A program made the translations under genes and the position numbers. This document shows, in pieces, positions 20,501-28,824 of a DNA stretch of 64,000 nucleotides. Source of the stretch: an uncultured Candidatus Bathyarchaeia archaeon (lineage in GTDB: Archaea > Thermoproteota > Bathyarchaeia > Bathyarchaeales > Bathycorpusculaceae); contig CAYVGZ010000001.1 in the NCBI GenBank assembly GCA_964450845.1, forward strand, positions 107,076 through 171,075, read 5' to 3'. The notes beneath the pieces were generated by a model, which worked only from the letters and a program-made list of their open reading frames with translations, made no database searches and was not told the DNA's origin. The stretch's first letter is position 1. The number at the start of each line of letters is the position of its first letter.

Positions 20501-21138
20501 TTTTTTGGCCCAGATGTGTATTCTTTAATCCATATATTTTCTATTCCAGTTAGTACTGAGCTAACACTTTTTGCTGTCTTTGGAAATATTACGTAGTCAT
20601 TTTCTTTTAGTTCATCTGCTCTGCATTCTGATATTACTAACTTATTTTTATATTTTATGCTTCTGGTTTTAGATTTGAGAGATTTAAAGAATCTAAAATC
20701 ATAACTTATGTTTTTTACTACTTTAAATATATGATTCCCAGTAAATTTAATATTATCATTTCTTACTATTTGAAGTTGGACTTCTATAGTCTCTTCTTTT
20801 GATTCTTGTTTAGTAATATTTGTTATTGTTCCTGTACCATATTGAGAATATACTTCATCTCCTAATTTTAAATTGCAAATCTGTACTAATCCTTTTGGAG
20901 TTCTTATTTTCTCGAATGGTGGTAAGCAGCTAAAGCAATGAAATACTTCTTCATTAGTATTTCCGCCAATAGAACAGCTTGGATGTGCGTCATCATGGTT
21001 TGGGTGTATACATGAGAGGAATCCGCTATCGTCTATCTTTACTCCTCTTTGTTCAAGATATGATCTAAGTTTTGGCCTGATAGCTGTAAAAATATCAATC
21101 TTGTTCGTCGTCTCTTCCATTTTGTTCCTCTTCTTCAA
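17542..21138 (-). CDS. Fused DNA primase-helicase (CHC2 Zn finger, TOPRIM, DnaB-like SF4 helicase) containing an intein
   Basis: CIHPNHDDAHPSC...HCFS|CG, KYINS, IVEGYLD, CLDSDDGG, GGRPSAGKT, DLKDSVQLEYDAD. Confidence 0.9.
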   Translation of the reverse strand: MKKRNKMEETTNKIDIFTAIRPKLRSYLEQRGVKIDDSGFLSCIHPNHDDAHPSCSIGGNTNEEVFHCFSCLPPFEKIRTPKGLVQICNLKLGDEVYSQYGTGTITNITKQESKEETIEVQLQIVRNDNIKFTGNHIFKVVKNISYDFRFFKSLKSKTRSIKYKNKLVISECRADELKENDYVIFPKTAKSVSSVLTGIENIWIKEYTSGPKNNRIITYPINEDTMWLLGLYCAKGSSYRGGITFTLHRNEKLLQEKIKRIIKDNFGLDCSTYEYDYKTNTTNMSCSSTDLQMFFEGFIGKYSSHKYMPDNILCGMNDSFQRAWLNGLFDGDAGKRKPKRLTLVNENLISTAQQVMVNLEIPFSYSFNESYIGNDGIERKPTWSLTRLEKENIGCFYDTAYDGYRYAFLRIDKIYKSKPLMEVYDITVKEVNTDSHTFMTKHYLVHNCGAAGNILHAVHFLEKKPISGLGLYQETLPYIAKLFDIPYEPIEISEDQKREFQKRRAYEDAVNVICSMSYKKVDKKRVLNIEHPAMKHLLARGITEATIKKFQIGCIESYKDYLDEMKVLGWSDKSYLEAADLANRKLFSTTGIIIPIFDDKGRAVGFVTRRTDMDANAHGEEKYINSQNSDIYHKSEILFNYNNCRPEDGPLFIVEGYLDAVYLVQAGISNVTAIGATMLTEEHVDMLFRDKFKNIVICLDSDDGGRRGVKLAIERLAGYKNFKVRIMELPEGFDPDSYVRQFGTEKFLELSKSDVSLSPFTWMLKWTTFEDDPMETAKKAIPTIAAEESNIVRLQMVRELARLTAISESDIRKDVDSLVNKESSRFLEELSDINNFVQVQLSRKKTRDTKSILEEGLLKIKSLEKQYNNAIDNKSEYVSKLEDVKTRIESGEFKYGMRAMKFKKFYENFDGIPYTTCLSLVGGRPSAGKTMWMTSLAMDIIDTEEDAAIFYMSIDDTTELMTLKMLAMKSGLSTSEIKRYSELTPDKKVSVEQAWRWIESNSDRFILADATAGNTIDALEAHVDWFTKNYKTPKKLFLLDNFHKLRFNIGGRNKKTDVVSDGSERIKELTQLNDLHIMATVELRKLEGSQSRPQLADLKDSVQLEYDADIIILVHNDKQVKEDTYLVWEGPSKDGLIRAMPYIEVNIWKNKITGQLRPIGYKLNDYNLRMDEVPESEIRALKDKKTNGNNVIGRPRGI
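19798..20928 (-). mobile_element. Intein (377 aa) with LAGLIDADG-type endonuclease in the primase Zn finger
   Basis: Starts CLPPFEKIRTP, ends VYDITV...YLVHN followed by Cys; removal restores HCFSCGAAGN; blocks LLGLYCAKGS and WLNGLFDGDA. Confidence 0.9.
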
Positions 21139-21358
21139 TTACTTCTATAGGTCCTAATTGACGCTCTAAAAGTTGTAGCACAGTTTCTTGTTCCAATAGT
21201 TTTCTTAAAATGTCGTCTTGAGAGCCTCTTATTCGTGAGACATATCTAGATGACTCTTGATTAAATAAAGCGCTAAAAGAACGGACCCTAGAGACAACAT
21301 GTCTGTTGCCCGTTAGGGTCCGCATTTTAGACTTAAAAAAGTCTTTTAATAAATCCAT
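21095..21358 (-). CDS. Hypothetical protein
   Basis: 87-aa ORF between annealing protein and primase. Confidence 0.6.
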   Translation of the reverse strand: MDLLKDFFKSKMRTLTGNRHVVSRVRSFSALFNQESSRYVSRIRGSQDDILRKLLEQETVLQLLERQLGPIEVIEEEEQNGRDDEQD

Positions 21359-22104
21359 TATACCAATCCGTTAGGCGGTAGTTCCTCGACGAAGTTAATT
21401 AGAGCTTCTAGTTGTTCGTCTGTATCTAGATCCGAGATGGCACTAACTGTTTTGTTTATTTTCTTTGAAAATTCAGGTAGGTATTTAATTAAAGCTGCAC
21501 TACCTTTTAATCCATCTTTCTCTACTTTCGCAGCCTTAGCTTGAGTTTCCTTGCTCCACTTTGGTTTGTTTGGAGTTGAGTATGTTGGTTCTTCTGCTGG
21601 TTTCTCGTACTTTTCTGGGTTGCTTCTGCTCGACCCAGCCTTTATTTTGGTATTAACAAAGTCTGTTAGAGCGTCTCCGTCCCATAGTATGTTACCAGAG
21701 TCATCACATGGATAGGTTTTTCCGTTGGTATGTTTCTTAACCTTTACCTTTTGAAGTGGCATCTCATACAAGAATCGTCCTACACCCCACTTAACTGCTG
21801 CTCTCTTAAAGGCATCAGATGCTTCGCCTTTTTCCTTTTCAGTATTTGATTCTGTCCCGCAGTCTTCTTTCCATACCCATTCATATGTTCCATCTTCATG
21901 CATAACTCGTATGCCCACTCTAGCATAGAGATTGTCATTAATAACTCTGTAGTCACACTGCCAGTTTTCTGGTCCTACTACCTCGTCCAGTTTATCTTGA
22001 ACTTGTCTGCTATCTACATATGCTACAACCTGTGCATTATATTCCGTTTGTGCTTGAACTCTCCACTTAAACGGCATTTTGTCTGTGAGTTTTTTTAGAT
22101 CCAT
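21358..22104 (-). CDS. Rad52/Rad22-family (Sak-like) single-strand annealing protein
   Basis: AYVDSRQVQDKLDEVVGPENW, KEDCG, EKGEASDAFKRAAVKWGVGRFLY; start MDLKKL at 22104 just downstream of a promoter. Confidence 0.85.
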   Translation of the reverse strand: MDLKKLTDKMPFKWRVQAQTEYNAQVVAYVDSRQVQDKLDEVVGPENWQCDYRVINDNLYARVGIRVMHEDGTYEWVWKEDCGTESNTEKEKGEASDAFKRAAVKWGVGRFLYEMPLQKVKVKKHTNGKTYPCDDSGNILWDGDALTDFVNTKIKAGSSRSNPEKYEKPAEEPTYSTPNKPKWSKETQAKAAKVEKDGLKGSAALIKYLPEFSKKINKTVSAISDLDTDEQLEALINFVEELPPNGLV

Positions 22105-22138
22105 AATTGGTCCTTTCTTCGAAGTTTTTCCTATAGAT

Positions 22139-22167
22139 AATATAATATATTCGGAATCGAATGTCAA
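22139..22167 (-). promoter_or_regulatory. Sigma70-type promoter (leftward)
   Basis: TTGACA-N17-TATATT on the minus strand, about 35 nt upstream of the 22104 ATG. Confidence 0.7.
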
Positions 22168-22172
22168 TATCA

Positions 22173-22202
22173 TTGACTTCTTTTTGAATTGTACTATATT
22201 AT
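22173..22202 (+). promoter_or_regulatory. Sigma70-type promoter (rightward, back-to-back)
   Basis: TTGACT-N16-TATATT (or N18-TATTAT), then AAGGAG RBS and ATG at 22225. Confidence 0.6.
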
Positions 22203-22224
22203 TATATATAGAAAAGGAGCTTAT

Positions 22225-23232
22225 ATGCCAAACAATTTTATTTCTAAAGTATATGTCAGTGATATCCTTGCTGCTAAAGCTGACCAACAAGACCATGCTC
22301 GTACCCGCCTTCAGAACATTTCCTGGCCATCCGAAGCAAGCGCAGATGTTGGTCCTTTTACTGTAGGAGAATGTAAGAGAGCTTTATTTTATAAGGTTAT
22401 CGGAGTTGAACCAAGCGAAGAGATGAGTGTTAGAGGAAGATATATATGTGATGCTGGTTTATTCTGCGAACACTATCATATTCAGAAATATAAATCTTTA
22501 GGTATGTTTTATGATGAACAATATAAAATAGAGTTTGAAACTGCTACACGAAACAAAGTAATAGTATCTGGAAAGGTAGATTTGATTATTAATGACGATG
22601 GTGTTTTGAAGGCCATTGAAATTAAATCTATATCAGCCTTTAAGGCCTCAGAGGTTTTCGGAACAACTGGCAAGCTTCCTTTGCCTAATGCCAATAACCT
22701 AATGCAGGCAATGCTTTATAAGTATTTTACTAAGCATACTGAACTTGGTCAACGCTCTGGCATTAAGGAAGTATATCTAATGTACGTTAATAGGAGCGAT
22801 GGAGCTACATTCTATTTTGAAGTAGACCTTGATGATTCTGGATATCCTATTCTTCGTGCTATAGACCAGTCTGGTAAAGAAATATACAAGATGAATCTTG
22901 CTACTCAGAAGTCTTATGATGAGCTACTGGCTTCTAGTAGAGAAGCAACCTCTGATGAGGGAAGGATGGCTGAGCTTAGAATTAATGTTAATGATATCTT
23001 TTCTAAGTTTGATGAGGTATATACTGCAGCTAAGACTAAGGTTCTTCCTGAGCCAGATTATAAAATGATATATTCTACAGATGACCTTGATAGAGATCTT
23101 AAATGTGGTAGGATTACTAAGCGTAAGCTTACTATGCTTAAGAAATCAGGAGAAACCTTTTCTGACTATAGATGTTCTATCTGTAGTTATAAAAGAAAAT
23201 GTCTTGCTGATTCAGGAGTACACTTCGAATAA
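22225..23232 (+). CDS. Cas4-like PD-(D/E)xK exonuclease
   Basis: GECKRALFY, SGKVDLI...IEIKS, QAMLY, C-terminal CSICSYKRKC. Confidence 0.8.
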   Translation: MPNNFISKVYVSDILAAKADQQDHARTRLQNISWPSEASADVGPFTVGECKRALFYKVIGVEPSEEMSVRGRYICDAGLFCEHYHIQKYKSLGMFYDEQYKIEFETATRNKVIVSGKVDLIINDDGVLKAIEIKSISAFKASEVFGTTGKLPLPNANNLMQAMLYKYFTKHTELGQRSGIKEVYLMYVNRSDGATFYFEVDLDDSGYPILRAIDQSGKEIYKMNLATQKSYDELLASSREATSDEGRMAELRINVNDIFSKFDEVYTAAKTKVLPEPDYKMIYSTDDLDRDLKCGRITKRKLTMLKKSGETFSDYRCSICSYKRKCLADSGVHFE

Positions 23233-23260
23233 AAAAAGGCCAGTTTAACTGGCCTTCTTC
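23231..23260. terminator. Bidirectional intrinsic terminator
   Basis: A7 tract, AGGCCAGT-TTA-ACTGGCCT hairpin, T-rich tail, between convergent genes. Confidence 0.8.
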
Positions 23261-24049
23261 TTATAGCTCTGTCGAATTTATCTTCAACATGTATTTTATT
23301 TCTTCGAGTGTATGAGGATAGTCTTTTCCTATACCAAATCTTAACTTAACTATGTCTTGGAATTTCTGAGGTTTTTTTTCAAGTTCTTTTAGAATATTCA
23401 TTTCCATTCGTTGGAATACATCGTCTCTATCATCTTCAGAACTAACCTGCTCATTGAACTCGCTTATAAAACTTTCTTCGAAACCAGAAGAGTTTAAGTC
23501 TAATAGTACAACTATGTTATCTATCATACTCTCTGTTAGGCTTATTCCTCGCCGTCCTTTTAGTGCTGTTGCTAACTCAGATGTAAGAGGTTCTCTTTGA
23601 AGTTCAGTATAGAGCTCGCTCTTAACTTCGTTGACGTGCTTCATGTTTCTAGCTATGTCTCTAGGAGCTCTAACGATCTTGTTCTTCTTTATGAAATCTA
23701 TTATTCGTTTTCTTACATGAAAAAACGCATGGGTAGTAAAGGATGTTTTAAAGGCTACGTCATAGCAATCTATAGCTTCTATTAAGCCTAGGTTAGCTTC
23801 TTGAAACAAGTCCATAATGGAAACTTCATCATTTAATACAGTCTTGTATTTCATAACATATTTCATAGCAAAGCCGCCGTTAGACAATACTAGTTTCTCT
23901 CTAATCTTATAATAGAGTTTTGGCTTAGGATTTAGAGAAGCCATAGAAGCCAACTGCGTTAGTAATGCGTCGTTCTCTTCCCTAGTTGGCCTAGGATATT
24001 TGTCTATGTAAGTACTGACAGATCGTCTCAATTCAAAATATTCTTCCAT
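23261..24049 (-). CDS. RNA polymerase sigma70-family sigma factor
   Basis: Region 2 DLFQEANLGLIEAIDCYD...FTTHAFFHVR; region 4 LRFGIG...HTLEEI. Confidence 0.9.
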   Translation of the reverse strand: MEEYFELRRSVSTYIDKYPRPTREENDALLTQLASMASLNPKPKLYYKIREKLVLSNGGFAMKYVMKYKTVLNDEVSIMDLFQEANLGLIEAIDCYDVAFKTSFTTHAFFHVRKRIIDFIKKNKIVRAPRDIARNMKHVNEVKSELYTELQREPLTSELATALKGRRGISLTESMIDNIVVLLDLNSSGFEESFISEFNEQVSSEDDRDDVFQRMEMNILKELEKKPQKFQDIVKLRFGIGKDYPHTLEEIKYMLKINSTEL

Positions 24050-24511
24050 TTATACCTTCTCTATGAATGTTGCCTTGCGTCCTGCCCGCTTGAACCTATC
24101 TACTAACTTCTGATCGTTGTCTACTAGGTAGTCAACCTTTTCATATATAGATGAGTCTTTGGTATGGTATCCAACTATCCAATCTGATAGTCTCCAACTT
24201 TTGTTAGGATCATTCTTTACGTAGAATCCAACCATTTTTACATCTATCTTTAACTCATCTGCTATTTCCTTGTATGTCTTCTTGTTTTTATTTCTTAGTT
24301 CTATTGCTTTGACATGCAAGTCTTTCTTGTATTCTTCTGGTGTAATTATTAGATTAGTACAATACTTCTCTATTTCACGAGGAGTAACTGTCTTGCTCCA
24401 CAAGTGAATTCTTTTCCCAGCTATTATTAGAAGATCTAATTCCTTGTATAGTGAGTTTGGATCGCTTCGTTTTATTATCTCGAAGTCTATAAATACGTTG
24501 TATTCTTCCAT
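24050..24511 (-). CDS. Hypothetical protein with HTH-like segment
   Basis: KTYKEIADELKIDVKMV; likely start MEEYN at 24511. Confidence 0.6.
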   Translation of the reverse strand: MEEYNVFIDFEIIKRSDPNSLYKELDLLIIAGKRIHLWSKTVTPREIEKYCTNLIITPEEYKKDLHVKAIELRNKNKKTYKEIADELKIDVKMVGFYVKNDPNKSWRLSDWIVGYHTKDSSIYEKVDYLVDNDQKLVDRFKRAGRKATFIEKV

Positions 24512-24598
24512 ACTGTTTTTTCCTGTCAGCTGACTTAAAGCCAGCAATGAAGCCAGCTATAAAAGTATTTGCAAGGTGCATTTTTACCCCCTAATACA

Positions 24599-24627
24599 AA
24601 TATAATATATTAGGAAGTAAAAGTCAA
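24599..24627 (-). promoter_or_regulatory. Sigma70-type promoter
   Basis: TTGACT-N17-TATATT upstream of the HTH/sigma genes. Confidence 0.65.
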
Positions 24628-24630
24628 TAC

Positions 24631-25161
24631 TTATTCTTGGTGATCTACCCTTAGCGATATTGCGGAAGGATTCTCAAAAGAATAGTATAACGTAATATCT
24701 TTGAGTAAGTCAGGCATTCCTTCTATATAGTTGTTATGCATCATAGTTGTGCTAGATAGCACAGTTTCATCAGGTTTGCTTTCATCTATCTGTATATAAT
24801 TTAGCTTTAACGCTATCTTAGTTAAATCCTCAGTCCCGTAGTTCCAGCTTTTGTCATCTTTTCTTTTCTGTTTTATTTCTTCAATCTTAGCTTTATCTTT
24901 ATGAAGATTTTCTATCTTTTTTTCAAGATCTGGCTTTGAATCAATTAGTAAGAATGATTCTTTCTTTTCTTCTATATCAGATAATCTGTCATTAAGATAC
25001 TTAAGATTTTTATCTATAAGTTTTATTATGGCTTCTGGCATAAGCCATGGCCAGTGTGAGTTCTCATGTATTTGATTAAGGACCTCATTAAGAGGTCCCT
25101 TGATCGTAATATAATAACTCACACTAGAGCTGTTACTAACAAACCCTAGTCTTATTTTCAT
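24631..25161 (-). CDS. Hypothetical protein with MKIRLGFVSNSSS N-terminus
   Basis: 176 aa; N-terminus nearly identical to that of 26578..27228. Confidence 0.75.
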   Translation of the reverse strand: MKIRLGFVSNSSSVSYYITIKGPLNEVLNQIHENSHWPWLMPEAIIKLIDKNLKYLNDRLSDIEEKKESFLLIDSKPDLEKKIENLHKDKAKIEEIKQKRKDDKSWNYGTEDLTKIALKLNYIQIDESKPDETVLSSTTMMHNNYIEGMPDLLKDITLYYSFENPSAISLRVDHQE

Positions 25162-25367
25162 TATACCTTCTTCTCCTCTGCTTCCAGCCTTAGCTTCTCT
25201 ATCTCTAGAGCCTGAGCCTCGGCCTTAGCTTTAAGTTCTTCAACTACGTTTTCTACGTCCTTAAGCCTAATGAGTACGTCAGCTGGCTGATCTGATTCTT
25301 TTGGACTAGTCAGCTTGCGGACTCTGCACTTTAAAACTTCGTATAGATCAGGTATAAATAATTCCAT
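25161..25367 (-). CDS. Hypothetical protein
   Basis: 68 aa, AAGGAG RBS, AT-rich upstream region. Confidence 0.6.
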   Translation of the reverse strand: MELFIPDLYEVLKCRVRKLTSPKESDQPADVLIRLKDVENVVEELKAKAEAQALEIEKLRLEAEEKKV

Positions 25368-25523
25368 TTCGTAAACTCCTTGTGTATAGTTTGTGTATAG
25401 TTATTATATTAGTTGTTATATATAATATAATAGTGCTTATAGAGACATACATCGACCTATATAAATCAATCACTTACAATTTCTAAATTGTAAGTTTAAT
25501 TTATATATATTAATTAAACATAA

Positions 25524-26576
25524 TTATAAACATAATGATACTGTTTCAAACATAGGACAACGTCTGCATATTGATTTAATATTACATTGACAAAGTGAAC
25601 AGGAATTTAGTAACTGGTCTCTCCACTGTACTGCTCGTGGATGATTCCAAATGTCCTTTAAAAACTCGGTATCCTCTTTTATTTCTAGACCTGTTTCCCA
25701 TTCTCCTATACCCTCCATGAAGGAACATGGAAAGAATTGACCATCAACATTACAGTAGGAAGAGAAAAGAAACGCCTCACACGGCTCTATGAACTGAGCA
25801 AATGTATCGAATTTAGAATGTAGTTCTACTGCTTTAAGGAAGCTTGGGGCACTACATGAATCAAAGCCAATAGGTATATCGTTGTGCAACGCCTTAGCTA
25901 CTACTGTTTCGAATTGAATTTTTGATATAGGAGTCATGCCAATCGCTCTACCTCTAGGCTTTAGCATTAAGAATACAACAGCATTGAGCTTTTCTAATCG
26001 AGGGTCTGTTTTTACTTTATCTATTAAGTCTAGACATTCTTGGTAGCTATCATATGATAGCACCTGGTGTATATTAACTTGTTCTAAGCCTCTGCTGGTT
26101 AGTTCCCTGACGGCATTAAAGCAGACGGCGTCATTATACCTTGAGACCGCGACACTACCACAGTTGTTTGAAAGGATTGAATAGGTTCTATCATTACATC
26201 TGTAACCGTTAATTGTAATGTTGGGAATAATTCCGCTGTCACGAGTTTTCTGAAGTATCTGTTCGAGCTGCGGATGACCGTCAATGTCACCAATTCCAAA
26301 CGCAATTTGCGTGAGGTTGTGTGGCATTGTGTTGAGGATAAGATCGAACTTCTCGAGCGGCATAAACTTACCTTTTGGTGTATTGGACTTGTAACAGAAG
26401 TTACACGGACCCTTCTCTGTTCCGTGACAGATTGTGCTGATCTCAAGATCGAGTATCTCTGGACCCAACGGGCTAAAGGAAGGATTGTCATTTTGTGTCT
26501 GTCCCCATCTGCTAAAGTATCCATTAACTGTGTCAAAGTCCCAGTTATAATCTTTGCTCCTATATGATCTTATCAT
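25524..26576 (-). CDS. Radical SAM protein with SPASM-like C-terminus and expanded Cys motif
   Basis: LEISTICHGTEKGPCNFCY (Cx7CxxC), ITING, GFDSC, CEA...YCNVDGQFFPCSF, CRRCP. Confidence 0.85.
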   Translation of the reverse strand: MIRSYRSKDYNWDFDTVNGYFSRWGQTQNDNPSFSPLGPEILDLEISTICHGTEKGPCNFCYKSNTPKGKFMPLEKFDLILNTMPHNLTQIAFGIGDIDGHPQLEQILQKTRDSGIIPNITINGYRCNDRTYSILSNNCGSVAVSRYNDAVCFNAVRELTSRGLEQVNIHQVLSYDSYQECLDLIDKVKTDPRLEKLNAVVFLMLKPRGRAIGMTPISKIQFETVVAKALHNDIPIGFDSCSAPSFLKAVELHSKFDTFAQFIEPCEAFLFSSYCNVDGQFFPCSFMEGIGEWETGLEIKEDTEFLKDIWNHPRAVQWRDQLLNSCSLCQCNIKSICRRCPMFETVSLCL

Positions 26577-26577
26577 T

Positions 26578-27228
26578 TTATCCCCTGAATCTAAGTGGCT
26601 TCTTTATAATATACTGCGGTGAATTTTTTACTCGTAATGCTGGGCTTAAGACCATATCTTTGTTACCAGCTATTTTATAGCACTCAACACAAACAATTTT
26701 ATTATCTGTGGTTTTTACTATGTCAGCATAATGCTGTTCTTTTAACCAGCAATACGCATAAGACAGATCTCGTATCTTATACTGTGGGTTTTCTTTGACA
26801 AACTTTTTCCATTCTTTATCAGTAACAGGCTTGCCCATTACCCCTTCTTTTATATACCAGAAGTAAGTTGATGTCTTTGATATTTCTAGGTCATCATTAA
26901 AGAGTACAGAGACGTCTGTTTCAAGCTGAGACCAATCCTGATTATTACACGTTGCTACAAGTAGCTCTCCAAATTCACTTCTTACTATGTATGTCTCATA
27001 GTTAGTAGTAGAAAATACTACAGGAGTGTTAGGATTTTTAAATAGATTTTCTGCTGTTGCTAGCTTGAATAACTCTCCACCTGGTTCTCTCGAATCAGTC
27101 TCCCAGTCAGAGTCTCGTATCTCTAGCATTCTTTTAGCTAAAGCAAAGATTGTTGGTATTCTTTCATTTGGTATAACTAAAAAGCTAGACGATGAACTGT
27201 TTGAAACAAACCCTGTTCTTATTTTCAT
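26578..27228 (-). CDS. Hypothetical protein with MKIRTGFVSNSSSSSF N-terminus
   Basis: 216 aa directly upstream of the radical SAM gene. Confidence 0.75.
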   Translation of the reverse strand: MKIRTGFVSNSSSSSFLVIPNERIPTIFALAKRMLEIRDSDWETDSREPGGELFKLATAENLFKNPNTPVVFSTTNYETYIVRSEFGELLVATCNNQDWSQLETDVSVLFNDDLEISKTSTYFWYIKEGVMGKPVTDKEWKKFVKENPQYKIRDLSYAYCWLKEQHYADIVKTTDNKIVCVECYKIAGNKDMVLSPALRVKNSPQYIIKKPLRFRG

Positions 27229-27578
27229 AGTTGCTCCAATGGGCTTGGTATATTTTGATCTAGATCTGTTTCTCTCTTAAATTGCTCCTGCATATGACGA
27301 AGAATATCTGGTCTCATTACCCAGCAATCCAGTGTTGCATCGTATATAAGAGAGCTGATAGGAATAGTTAGTCTATTCCATTCTTCTGGTGCGTTTGGTG
27401 GTTTTACACATATAATATCGCCATTTCTTGGCTGAAATGGTAGCTCTATTATTTCACACATTTCAGGCATGTCTTTCCTATGGCAACATATTTTAAGTCT
27501 ATGCTTAGGCTTTAATGCTGTTATAAAGGCCTGGATAAATTGTTCATTTGTTAGTCCATCTTTCTTTTTTCTTGGCAT
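27225..27578 (-). CDS. Hypothetical protein
   Basis: 117-aa ORF with 4-nt overlap. Confidence 0.6.
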   Translation of the reverse strand: MPRKKKDGLTNEQFIQAFITALKPKHRLKICCHRKDMPEMCEIIELPFQPRNGDIICVKPPNAPEEWNRLTIPISSLIYDATLDCWVMRPDILRHMQEQFKRETDLDQNIPSPLEQL

Positions 27579-27579
27579 T

Positions 27580-28186
27580 AGTGTCTCCTATTGAATGGTT
27601 ATATACTTGTTTTATCCAGGTTAAGAATTTTTCTTTTGACATTTCTTTTTTTTTTCATAATTACATGTTTTACAACAAGGTACACAATTGTCTAAGGTAT
27701 ATCCTAAAGAATTATTAACCCTATCAATTCCGTTATAAATATATACATTTTTTATTTTTTTCTTGTTGAGATGGAGATACTCCGCAGTAAGTACAGTTAG
27801 ATTTTGTTAAAAGCTTGAACTCTTCTAAAGATAACTTAGCAGATCTCTTATATTTTGAGAATAATGAATTTAAAGCTGGAGTTATACCATCTAATAGGTG
27901 AGATGTTGTAAAACATTTTTCTCTACCACAATCACATTTACATAATTTAGTGTATCCGTCTTTTTTATAACAGTTAATTTTCCAAACTTTTTTCCTACTA
28001 GGTTTTGTTTATTTTCAAAACAATTTCTACACGTAGTTTGTTTTGATATTACTAAAGAATATCCCCTAACTACTATTTTTTACCACACGAACAAACACAA
28101 TTATATTTTACTTGATAATTTTTAATGAATTCACTTATAACTTTTAATTGTCCAAATGTTTGTCCTGTTAAACCAGAATATTTCAT
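27580..28186 (-). pseudogene. HNH homing endonuclease, multiply frameshifted
   Basis: GGAGG RBS + MKYSGLTGQTFGQLKV...CVCSCG, LVGKKFGKLTV...CDCG, CTYCG, NGIDR/VNNSLGYTLDNCVPCCKTCN pieces spread over different frames. Confidence 0.8.
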
Positions 28187-28219
28187 AGCGTCCTCCCTTT
28201 AATATATAGTACAGGACAC

Positions 28220-28804
28220 TCAATGACGGCGAAATGCTATATTATGCGGTACGTTTATTTTACAGAGGTTGCATCGTTTGCAGGACCCTGGGCAGATAAG
28301 ATATCCGTCTGGGACTGGAGCATCTCGTTCAATGACTGTGCAATTGCCATTGTTGCCTTTAGTACTTCCACTTCCTTTGATAAGGAATCTCGAGTTTGAG
28401 AAATCAAGATCTGATCTTGCGGAGTATCCGTAGGTTGTGACCCCAATTGTTGCAAGTCCTTCAGCAACGAATGATAGCTTGTCGATATCTTGCTGATCAT
28501 GGAAGTCACCAGACTCATTGTACCTGAGATATCTGGTAGTTTTCCTTCTGCTTTGGATTCGTTCAGCAATTTCTTGAAGGATTGTCTCTGCTCGTTGATT
28601 TCTCCAGTATGTTTCTTGAGCATTTCTGTAAGCTGGGACAGTGTTTGGGTATTGAATTTCTGCTTTTTCTGCATAGCATCTTATTCCTTTATTTATAACT
28701 TCGCATAGGCCAAGTTGCTTTGATGGGCATGTATTTGCTGGACCCATGTTGATAATAGCTGTATCATCTCCGAGCTTATGGTTTCCAAATTTAAGTCTAA
28801 TCAT
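28220..28804 (-). CDS. Hypothetical Cys-rich phage protein (Gp88-like)
   Basis: CPS...C...CYA, YLRYNESGDF, CPGSCKRCNLC, IAFRRH. Confidence 0.65.
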   Translation of the reverse strand: MIRLKFGNHKLGDDTAIINMGPANTCPSKQLGLCEVINKGIRCYAEKAEIQYPNTVPAYRNAQETYWRNQRAETILQEIAERIQSRRKTTRYLRYNESGDFHDQQDIDKLSFVAEGLATIGVTTYGYSARSDLDFSNSRFLIKGSGSTKGNNGNCTVIERDAPVPDGYLICPGSCKRCNLCKINVPHNIAFRRH

Positions 28805-28824
28805 GTTAACTCCTCGTTTGAGGA

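Noticed and set aside
22225-23232. CRISPR-associated cas4
   Set aside because: Stand-alone, paired with an annealing protein, no array or other cas genes; typical phage Cas4-like exonuclease.
25381-25486. Replication origin at the AT-rich gap with TGTGTATAGTT x2 and an ACTTACAATTT/AAATTGTAAGT inverted repeat
   Set aside because: Only two short repeats; equally consistent with a promoter/terminator region; no support without skew or functional data.
11650-28186. Group I introns housing the endonuclease remnants
   Set aside because: Flanking genes are complete on both sides and I could not identify P7-type core sequences; treated as free-standing elements.
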